Assembly: GCA_051362555.1 (NCBI GenBank) | Contig: CM120645.1 | Coordinates: 4,278,001-4,342,000 of the forward strand | DNA from: Lingula anatina | Lineage: Eukaryota; Animalia; Brachiopoda | Reading direction: 5' to 3' | Length of the DNA stretch: 64,000 bases | Notes under the pieces: generated by a model | The model's input: the letters and a program-made list of their open reading frames with translations, nothing else | Database searches by the model: none | Told to the model about the DNA's origin: nothing | Position numbers and translations under genes: made by a program | Shown here: positions 23,601-33,809 of the stretch, one piece after another | Layout: the number at the start of each line of letters is the position of its first letter | Numbering within the stretch: the first letter of the stretch is position 1

Positions 23601-25628
23601 AAAGACTCTGTGTGTTTTGAAAGTGTATGTATCCTTGAGTATTATTCGGAGAAAACCCAAGAATAGTACATTCAGCTACTGCCAGAGAGACATTGGGTTC
23701 AATATAAAATGAATTTTGTTTCTCGGTATTTCCCACGTTCCTTTTGGACTTTTAGATATCTATCTGGTGGGTAACAAGTGTATACCCTTCAGTATTTTGA
23801 AAAAACATCATGATTACCCTCATTTGCCTTAGAAGTGCCTATAAAATCTAATGCACCAGTTTTCCTATGGGGAAAAGAAGGCCATCTTGGATTTCCCCAA
23901 AATGATAAAATATGGACATTAATTACTTAGCAGATATGTATCATGGGATAATAATACTAAAAAAAAAAACAGAATAACAACTGAATTCAGCTTCATTTTA
24001 TTTGTAAGCCTATCTCTAGCAGGTATTAACTGAACCCCACCTTCTATGGCTAATGGCAGCCATTTTGTTTTGTTTTGTTTTGTTTTCAAAAAGGATACAC
24101 ATAACATTCTCATCACATATGTATTATGTAAATTAAAAAGATGTGGAAAATACTCAGAAAGAAACCTAATTTATCAATTAATATTATATCTCCATGGCAG
24201 AAGAAGCCCTATGTGTATACTAGTATTCCTTTGATATGGGGGCCATCTTGGATTTTTCTCGAATTTCCTGTGAATAAAGGTCAGTTACTCACCACAAATA
24301 TATTATTTGTGTAATAAGAAACAAAACTAATTAGATAGTGGGCAATGCATCTTCCTAGTTGGCATTAGTTAGTTGAAAACCCTTGTACCTTGTACATGTT
24401 CTAGTATTCCTATGTCATATGGCGGCCATCTTGGATTTTTCAATAAGTCCAAGGACACTAGTTTGTTATCTGACACATATGCATAATATGGGTAATAAGG
24501 ATGTGGAAAACATTGAGAAAATACTTAATTTGATAAAAATCAACATAGATATGTATATATTTCTACAAAATTTCACAAATTGGCGGCCATTTTGGATTTT
24601 TTGGCCAAACGGTAAATTTTTTCCGTGGGCTACGGCTCTAATTTGATTTAGTATGTCAAAAGGTACCCACATGCAAAATTTGGTGCTTTTATCCGCTGTG
24701 TCACGATTTGGCCATTTTTTTGCCCTAAGCAACCGGACTAGTTACTGATGATTGCCAAACGTTCAGAAAAGAAATACAGGACTAAAATGCAGCCTGAGTT
24801 GGAAAAGCAGTCTAATTGGCTTCTTTTTCTGGAAGTTATACATTTTCAAAGTGTGAACTTGAACTGCCATGGGCCTGAAGCCTTATGCTTGTTACACCTT
24901 TTACTTCAATTGGTATTACCTGTTGAGCATAATTAAAATTTGATGTTGAATTTGCAGTTTAACATAATGTACTTTTGCATCAGAATTAACAGTAGCCTAT
25001 TTTGTGCATAGTTATTTCCTGCTTTTTGTCTGTACATTTGACAGCTTTGCTGCCTTGTTCTACGTAGTATGTTATTTCGTTGTCCTCAATTCATCCCATG
25101 TTGTACACAATTTGCACACAGGCAGAGAATTAACGCTGAGGACCTTTTTATTTTTTTATTTTTCCAGAATCAACTGGACATACTCCTTGGTGAGTTGGAC
25201 AGGGACAGGAATGGCACTCTGGAGAAGCAGTAAGAATCCTTTCATTCCTGAAAGATATTTGTTGTACACCAAAAGGGCACTTACAGTAATTCTCTGGCCC
25301 TGTTTGACAGTTTCTGTCAATTATCTGTGAAGTAGTCAATTTTCTAACTAAAAAATATGGTATAATTATTTGTTTGGTCAAAAATTCTGATTTCTTATGA
25401 ATGAACACTTTGAAAAGCAGTTAATGTTTGATTATGAATAAATGTAATGAATACTGCTAGTCTAGATGACCTCATGCCCCAAGTTGCTCTTCCAGTGAGG
25501 TCCTGGGTGGCAAGCTGCTGATGGAGAGCAAGGGAAAAAGACGAGAGCTTCAGAACATGGGCTGGTCCTTTGAGGAAGAGAGGCGGGCCAGAGGTGTCAC
25601 CATGAAGTGGGAAGGAATGACACTTTGA
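4980..25628 (+). CDS. LRRC74: Leucine-rich repeat protein of the LRRC74A/B family with two C-terminal EF-hands, about 700 aa, 19 coding exons
   Basis: Phase-consistent GT-AG exons: 4980-5030, 5467-5587, 6367-6538, 6900-6976, 7305-7427, 12099-12323, 13711-13770, 14082-14191, 14487-14594, 15126-15219, 15641-15771, 16086-16172, 16747-16862, 17745-17823, 18076-18165, 19404-19508, 19901-20059, 25168-25229, 25496-25628 (2103 nt, ends TGA). Family motifs YDTDLE and GVVPVSY..HHYLG; RI-like LRRs (LTSLDLSHNEIG, LDLSWNSI, LDLSWNGF); EF loops DKDKSGDITVDE and DRDRNGTLEKHE. The five 5' exons rest on frame and splice consistency only. Confidence 0.85.
5371..5411. repeat. (AAT)n microsatellite
   Basis: About 13 AAT units in LRRC74 intron 1. 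Confidence 0.9.
10946..11054 (+). CDS. Candidate alternative first coding exon of the LRRC74-like gene
   Basis: ATG-initiated MWRPSLSGPTLSDGRKNHRKSTGRPKTKRKRRPKSV ends in phase-1 donor G|GTAGGA, matching the phase of the exon at 12099. In-frame TGA just upstream. Confidence 0.4.
15376..15543. mobile_element. Small MITE-like inverted repeat
   Basis: ACTCCGCGGGGACTCTCGCTGAATGCAACCAGATT (15376-15410) pairs with AATCTGATTGCATTCAGCGCGAGTCCCCATGGAGT (15509-15543). Confidence 0.6.
16461..16637. mobile_element. Imperfectly palindromic MITE-like repeat (related copy at about 50318-50481)
   Basis: GCATTCAGAA...TTCTGAATGC ends. The internal AGGGAATCTATT.AGTGTCT and GCAGCAAGC motifs are shared with the 50.4-kb copy. 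Confidence 0.55.
16812..17343 (+). repeat. Minisatellite, 7 x 76 bp, spanning an exon/intron junction
   Basis: Unit CCTGATGAGGTCTCTCAAGGTCAATACCAGACTCAGGGTGCTAGATCTTAG|GTAAGAGATTATCATATGACCTTGA starts at 16812, 16888, 16964, 17040, 17116, 17192 and 17268. Confidence 0.95.
19002..19010 (+). CDS. Candidate 9-nt microexon (Gly-Cys-Arg) of the LRRC74-like gene
   Basis: TTCAG|GGATGCAGG|GTAAGT lies in a phase-0 intron, preceded by an about 70-nt pyrimidine-rich tract and TACTAAC at 18920-18926. Confidence 0.6.
20381..25059 (-). mobile_element. Non-autonomous Helentron-like (HINE/DINE-type) element filling most of an LRRC74 intron
   Basis: 14-bp-stem terminal hairpin TATGTACAGACACA-GA-TGTGTCTGTACATA (20385-20414), (GTCGCC)n microsatellite, internal repeats of about 159, 400 and 335 bp, and a subterminal TGTCTGTACAT...CTTGTT end at 25027-25059. 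Reverse-complement homologue of 40805-45424. Confidence 0.75.
22282..24740. mobile_element. Non-autonomous foldback-type TIR element, Academ-like, nested in the Helentron-like element
   Basis: TAGTCCGGT...ACCGGACTA termini, long TIRs (about 22282-22620 and 24400-24740), 4-bp TSD GTTA (22278-22281 and 24741-24744), and internal degenerate repeats with AAATCCAAGATGGC. TAG..CTA ends with a 3-4-bp TSD are Academ hallmarks. Confidence 0.75.
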
Positions 25629-26231
25629 TGACAGGGAAACTAGGGGTTTCACCATGAAATTAAAAGGAATGAAACTTTGGTGACAGGAGAGGGAGACGTC
25701 AAATAAAGTGAGAGACAGCAGAGAAGGGAAGAATTGTTAAAGAGAATGACTTCCTGGTAAAAGATGGGCACTGTCATAGTTGACCTTTAGGAGAACCTGC
25801 TGTGAACTTTGACCTCCTTGAGACCTTCTGGCCCCATGTATTGCACAGACAGTGATTTACTGGAGACTGGGATGTCACCAGATGGCAGCACTAGTCAGCA
25901 GAAAATACCCAAAATGCCATAGTTTGCCTAACAGGATTGTACCAAGGACAAAAGTGCAGGGATGGAGATGTTACTTAAAATAAAAAAAATATATATGAAA
26001 CTGTAGAAAGATGCTGGATTTTTTTTTTTAATTTGAAAGTCCTGTAAATTCAGCAATGGTTACAGGTTTCGGTGTACTTCTCGTAATCATTTATTTATGT
26101 TTTGCATTCTCTGTTCCTGTATTGACCCACCGACTACAGTTAAATGTGCCAACATTTTCAGCATCATCTATGTAGAGATCTGATCTTAACACCTCTAGTA
26201 CATGAAGCAAGGGTGGAGTGATGAGTGAGTT

Positions 26232-26234
<3 letters not shown>

Positions 26235-26316
<82 letters not shown>
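26235..26316. repeat. (TA)n microsatellite in the presumed LRRC74 3' UTR
   Basis: About 40 uninterrupted TA units. Confidence 0.95.
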
Positions 26317-26319
<3 letters not shown>

Positions 26320-29300
26320 GAGAAAAAGTTCATTTTCAGCATTTTATGTGATTTAGAACTGTTGGTTTAAGAATTTGTTAAGGTTACTGTTATTTTTGTT
26401 CATTACTGTTGTGAAAGTTGGGTTAATAAACCTTCCCTGCTGGGGAAATTTTTTGAATTTCAGTTATTATTGGTAAAGATGGGGTTTTGTGATCATAACC
26501 AAGAGGGTATGCCCAGGTGATAAGAGCAAGTGATAAACATTTGTCCGTTTGTGCTTATTTCTCACCATTTCAATCTTGTTTTGGATAAAATGTTTATAAA
26601 ATAGATAAATTCAGACAATTATGGAGGGGAAAATTGGTGTTTGTGGTCATCTTCGTTAGTGATGCATAAAAACTAAGTCATGTAATTCAGCTAATTTGTG
26701 GGTTGTGGAAGTTAATTTGCAACATTATGCAACTTCAGAAGAAACTGATAGGATTTATTTTCATTATATACCAAATGCTCAGTTTTTACTTTTTAAATAA
26801 AATTGAATATCAATTTATTCTTACAAAAAGCAGTTATGTATTACAAAACTGTTGGAATAACATGCATTTTAGGATTTAACATTTTTTTCCTTCAAGAAGA
26901 ATTTGGTATTTATATTTTAGTATTGATGTTTGGATGATTTAGATGTCTCCTCCATTCCATTTTACCACGACGATTTAGGAAAAAATACAGATTATAGGTT
27001 GTATAAGATTTGGTCAATCAAGGCTGCATTTATAGGATAATCTCACTTATTATTGTCTTGAGAAATTACATTGAATGTGTAATAGATTATTGCCTGTATT
27101 GAAAATTATAACCTTAGCATTTAAATTTATAATTTAATAGACTAATTATTCTGAATATAATAATAAATATTTACTGACATGTCTGATCCCATTTCATTTG
27201 TTTCTTTTTTTATGCACTATCTAACAAGGAATCCTTTATTGGAATTGTACTGGTTTAAGTTTTATTTGTTAAATTTGTGTTACATTTAACATTATTTTCT
27301 GTGTTTACTGTGCAGAAGTAGTACAGAGTAGTATGGAGTAGAAATGTCTCTCAAATACAGTTACAATTTTTTTCTACATTTCCATTCCAGAATAATATTT
27401 TGTTCTTTAATAAAACCGTTTGGTAAAAATATCAGGCACTTTTGTTAAATATTTTTCATATACAAACACTGTATGTGGCTGCATGCATTGAGACCATTGT
27501 GTCACAATGCAGTTGTCAATGCTGCCCAAAATCTCTTCACCTTATTCGTAACTTCCAAACTAAACTTTTGTATTTTGAATTAAAAATTTTATCGTCTGGC
27601 TTTTTTCAACTGGGTTGTTTTAGTAAAAAGATATTCCCTTTGAAAGTCAGCACAATTAGATTATTTTTGCAAAAGTTACTGAATCCTTAATTTCCCTGAA
27701 AGTAATTGATTCTTTTAATTCATAAATGGGCCATATTTTTGTGTGTGATATTCATGGGGTATGTAGGCCTAATTACCAAACCATTTCTTTGTTTTACTCC
27801 ATAGTTGCTGATTAACATAGTGTAAACTTTTTTTTTAGGGAGGGCCCAAAATTTTTGATGTTTTGGAAGGCAAATGGTGCCATTTGGTACTGTTTAGAAC
27901 TATTATATGATTCAGCTTGCCCAAATTTTAATTTCAAGAGGGGAATATTTGTGTGATTTTTTTTTTTTTTTCAGAAACCGAAGGACCCCCAACCCGCCAA
28001 ATCCACCACTGTATGACTTTGTACTATGTCGAGGAAGCTACTAAATCAATTTAAATTTGGGCACTTTTATTGATGAGCATTTATCATTTTATTGAATGCT
28101 CCAAGTTTGATGACTTAAGATGCTTTTATTTTCATTTTGTTTTAGATGTTTCGAGATTATGTTTGACTTCACCTTTGACCTTAAAGATATTGTAACCCTT
28201 TATTATCATCCAGATACCAAAGCGGTTCACACCTTAGCAGTTAAGGTTTTTTTTAAAGTAGTCTTTGCCATTTCAAATGTCAACTATGGAGTTGCCCTGG
28301 GTACTGTATGACTATATGAACAGTCTTGATAAGCATGGGCACAAGAGTGGGGAGGGGGGCATGAGAAAAAAATGTATGATTGGGTAAAGCAAAAGCGCCA
28401 AGAAGACTTTTGAAAAAATCCCACCGAGAAGATAGCGCTTTTTATGAAAGGGCATGCATGACGCCATGCTGGGTTAGCTGTCGACTCAATTCAAGTTTGA
28501 TCTGTAGTGTAGCTGGTAAAAATGGAGATCAGTGACCATCCCCGCCTAAGCATTATTTTGAAGGACCTTTAAGTGAAGAGAAAGGAGATATTATTGACGG
28601 CGCAGAGTTGTCAAATCAATCATTTATTCTAAACTATACTGGGTTTTTATGCATTCGTTTTCGCGACTTCCCAATCCTAGGGCCAGGTCGTTGCTGTACA
28701 TGTGGCTTTCCGTTACCATGGTTGATGATGGCTTTGGATTTTTTTAAGCAACAGTGTGCGCTGCCGACTGCGCTTTCCCTTTGTACGTGTTACCGAATTT
28801 ATACAAATGCAATTTTTAGAAATTGTTTCTAGAAATGTTACATTGACCATTCTACAATTTGAACCCACGTGCAACAGTCTAGTTGTGTCCAAGGCAGCAG
28901 AGTTACCACTGAGTCGCAGAAGCTTCCTTGGCAACGTCAGATAAAAAATGTTGGTGTTTTGGTACGGTTTTGAACTATGATTCAGCTATCCAAACTTTCA
29001 ATTTCAAAAGGGAATATAGGTGTGACTTTTTTCAGAAACTGAATGGGGGTAAGAACCCCCCCCCTCCCCCAAATCCTCCTGTGGTGTTAATAAGGCAGTT
29101 TCCCTTTTAAAATCGCCATGATTGTTTTTTTTTAAGTAGGTGATTGGTTTTTTTATGGACGGACCCTATTTGAATGGAAGAATAGCCATCACCTGCTTCT
29201 CTCGCGCTGCATCAGCATTCCCGTGGCCATATTTTTCTGTAAACCCACAAAAATGGAAAAATGTATGACGCGTATTATCCTCAAACTGGCTGGAGTGATT

Positions 29301-29811
29301 CATAAAAAATGGAACGGAAGTCAGATATCAGATGGCGCAAGGTCTTTTTTAAAACTAAAAAATATTCAACCTTTTTTGTGTGTGTGACATGCTCACGTGA
29401 AATATGGACTGAAATAGGCCCTACTATCTACTTTGTATATCACTATAAAGTAACATAATTTTTGTGCATCCAGTTTTCCAGAATTGTAATCTTTATGTTA
29501 GAGTTCTTACATCAACTCTGTTTTACACAATTTTGACAGAAAAGGAAACAATTAACTTGCTTCAAGCATAAGCCTATTTATTACCAGCAACCAACAATTA
29601 CATGTAGAGTTCAATCCCATAGTCTATCTAGGTATCGTGGTAAGTAATGTGAAAGAGCAAGATTTTTAGCACTTTAGCTTTTGTCAGACCATGAAGTGGA
29701 AAAATTGATCTAAGCAAGGCATTTTGCAGGATTTCGTCAAGATGTGCCATCTTTCTGCTTCCATTTTTTCACATTTCCTGTTGCGTGGATCTCAGGCATG
29801 CGCGCTAAGTC

Positions 29812-30676
29812 TTAGGCTGAAACAAAGAGGAAGAAAACTTTATTTTTTATTGGTTACAAGTCCAACATCTATTGACCACACTGGCCATGTTAATATCTAG
29901 GTCCCGCTGAAAGCGGACATGCAAAGAACATTATATTTTACCAAGGAGTTATAACTGTTATAACTCCTTGATTTTACGCGGCCACATTGTAAACTTATGC
30001 CACAGCGTAAATTATAATTCTAAATCAGGCAGATTCTAAATCAACCTACATGTAGATATAGGCCTATCCCATACCTTTGTACGTATCTTAATGATCTTCA
30101 ACCTATCTTAAAACTATTATTGTTACATGTATGCATTATATGTAAAAGTCTAAGCAATACGCACCGAAGAAAATGCAAAAGGCGTAAACTCTACAGCCTC
30201 CTCCATGTGCACATGTTCTGTCAAGACTGCACTGGCCATTCTGCGCATCAGAGTTGATGTTAAAGATTCTGTTAGTCTCAAATTGAATCCACCTTGAACA
30301 AAATATTCATAAACTCATGAGCTGATAAGGCCCAGAATATTACTAAAAAAACTACGTGTGGTTATATCATTGATGCACTAATAATTATTTTCTGTTCTAT
30401 GTGTAACTGTAGACAAACATTTTCACAATTATTAGATTCAATAGGACAGAAAATGGTCAAATTAACCAACAAGAAAATTTCTCATAAATATTCCATTTCT
30501 TAGGGGAGTGTGTCTGAGATATATAATTTCTGCATAGTTTGTTGTCATCATGTTTAGCTCTAAGAATTATTAGTTCTTTAAGTAGTAAAGAATTAACACT
30601 TTAATAAGTAAAGAAGTAATACTAAATAATAAGTAATAAGTAATGGTTTAAATTTAACAGGCCGGTTTTAAGCAGA

Positions 30677-30707
<31 letters not shown>

Positions 30708-32763
30708 GCACATTTAAACATGTAAACCATGAACCTGAAACTTTTTAAGTGGCTATTAGTGTCTGTCGTGGACATTCTAAGCACGGCATTTACAATTAGT
30801 AAAGTTTGAGACCTGAATCGTGGCACTGTCAAAAACTAAGTAGCAGTGGAAAAAATACCAGAAAATTATGCAAAACTCACGGATAATGAAAATTGCAGTC
30901 GATAAGATGGCTGCCGCTGGGACATGAAGCCACAGGATTGTTCGACCATCCTTTACTAGTACTTGCCACACTGACGGTATTGATCACAGACCCCAAACTT
31001 TCGCATGTCACTTGTGCCTCAATAGAAATAAAAGTTCATCTAGCAATGGGTTGTGCGTTACAGTGCAGTGTATTTGGTGTATATTTATTATCTGAAACCA
31101 GGACGACCTATACTATTACATTTGAAGCGAGCGTGGATTCCTAGTACACTCATTCAGTATGCATGTATAGGTCCCTTTTTATTATTTTTTTTAGGTAAGC
31201 GAGTGGAAGAATTGTTTGTCCAGATGGCACTTTACTAACATCATTCTAGCAACTTAAAAAATAAATAAATAAATACTAGATTAATATGTTCTCACACAAA
31301 AAAATAATGGACTAAATTTTAAATCTTCATTGCTGTCGCTCGCAGCACCATCTCAAAATCTCCAATCCATCTTTTATTTTAATTGAGTTGGAAAATCTTT
31401 AACTTGTCACGAAGCGTGTAAGATGTCTAACCATTTGTACTAGTTCCTTATACCACTTATTACTGTCAATAACCACCCTCCCCCCCCAAAAAAAAAAAAA
31501 ACAAAAAAACAAAAAAACCTACTCTTATTCCAGGCTTATTCAAGGTGTTAAAAGCAGTGCACCCGCCGTTACTATCAAAATGCGCCCCGTCACACACGTC
31601 AGAATCATTGGAGCAGGCGCAGCGTATACCAATGTATCCAGTGGGGCAGGACACGAAGGAAGGATAATCGTCTTTGTTCCTCGATATATGCCCAAGGAAG
31701 GTGGCCGTTTCCCCTATAATGAATAGATGAATGCATATAAGCAAATAAGTGAAAAACTGAAAATGAAATGGACATGAAAAGATTAAAGGGATGATAACTC
31801 TTCGTTTTGGCCAAAAAATGAATTTTCCTGGAGTAAACAATTTTCCCGTACTTACCAATGGTTAATGAATCCATTTTTACATTCAAAGTTAATTGGTACC
31901 TGTTTTTTTTCTACAAAGTTTGTTTTTTTGTTATAATCTCTTAAGATATCAGAATAATAGCTTTTACTGCCGTTTTTGTGGTAAAACAGAATATATTATG
32001 TTTCTGTGAGTTGTTCACAATGTTTTTATTGTGAAATATAGATCTCATACGAAGAGTTATTATCTCTTTAAAGTGGGAGAAAATTACTTCTAGCGTTAAC
32101 TGATATGAAAATATAAACTCAGTGTTCTCGAAGAGAATAAGAGCTTGGTAATCGAAAAAAAAACAAAAAACAAAAACAAACTGACCATCCACTGCCTGCA
32201 GTCCTAAAGCAGCTAAAATTAAAGGCAACAACATCACTCTAGTAACCATTTGCACACGACTGAAAGAAAACGTGTTTTCAGAGCATTATTATTACATGTC
32301 CATAACCCAGCGTGATATTTAATTTTAATGAAGTAATTTTATAAAGTTAATGTCTAGGCAATGAGCATTATAATTACTGGAGTAGTGTTAACAAAAATTT
32401 TTAATTCTTCATTTTATATATTTCAGTAGGAGTATCTTGTGTGGATTTAGTTGAAACAGTTATGTTACTATGCAGCACGTATAGAATGTTATAAGGCTAT
32501 TACATGATGGTTTATAGAGGGAGACACAAAAAGAATGTTGCTGATTATCTGTAAGTGACAGGCGAATGCTGAAATATTTTGGGCATTTCAACACTTTGGC
32601 CCTAGTTTGTCAATTAACTTGGCCTTGATTTATTTTGACATCCAATTACAGGGTCACTCAAGTACTACAGAACGACTGGCATTGCACTTGTTATCGCCAA
32701 AAAATGAATTCATTTAATTCAAACTTGTTCTCATAACAGTGCATATAAACCATATTAATAATA

Positions 32764-32803
<40 letters not shown>

Positions 32804-33752
32804 ACCTCAGTTGTTATTTCAAATGATAAGTTTGGTTGAGAGGATGAAGACAGTATTTCTATTCAACTTCCATTTTTTCTTTTCCAGTATTATCTTAAAT
32901 CCTTTTTTTCTGTGTATATTGATAAAACTACAGTGTTGTAAATTGTCAATAGTTTTGTAAATTGCTTGTTGTTTTCATCATATCTGTACCACATAAATTT
33001 TATCAAAAAATTTCAAAAAATTGGCTGGACTTAAACTTCAATGTGTGCACATGACCATTCCTAAAAGTTTCAGTTATCTTGGCTGCTAAAAGTTATTTAT
33101 CTTTTTTAATATGCTCCAAATGGCCTCCACGGCATTGGAAGCACAAATAATAATGCTCTTAAATACACCAATCTTACTCTGTATAGTGAATGGTTACAAA
33201 TAATTAATAATATAATTAGTTACTGATTAAACAAGCATAATATTAATGGCGATTAAACCAGAAGGCTGATTAAACTGATTTGTTTGAAAAAAGTGATCTA
33301 CTTTTCCTGACTTTTTCAGAATCGTATACATTGTGCTACTCGGTTTAATATATTTAGGCTGATGTAGGTTAAATAGCTGTTTATAAATCAACAATTTTTT
33401 AAAGCAAGCTCTTTCACCGAATAAACATACTACACATTTTATTTATATATGCCAACGATGAAATAAGGGTACCCTTATTAAAAGGAATACAAAATGCTAA
33501 AATCTAGCACAGCACAATTGCTTGCTGTCACATCTAGCGCAGCACAATTGCTTGCTGTCACATCTAACACAACTACATTTACTTACTTTATAACAGTATC
33601 TCTAGCGATAAATGAATACAGTAGTTTCAAAGCATGCCATAGAAAGGCATTTCACTTTCAAGGGGCTAGCAAGTTAATATCCCAGAACATTTGGCAGATA
33701 TAAAATCATGACTTGAAAACCTGTGTGCGTGCAAGCGTGTGTGTGTGTGTGT

Positions 33753-33809
<57 letters not shown>

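Noticed and set aside
25595-25690. Degenerate duplication of about 51 bp around the LRRC74 stop codon, suggesting readthrough
   Set aside because: The stop is immediately followed by a second TGA; a local duplication is the simplest explanation.
31856-31910. Possible extra exon of the secreted protein (GTAAGT donor at 31855)
   Set aside because: Phases do not fit the Cys-rich frame, the adjacent sequence resembles the Helentron-like repeat near 41600-41750, and direct splicing 32186>31713 is in frame.
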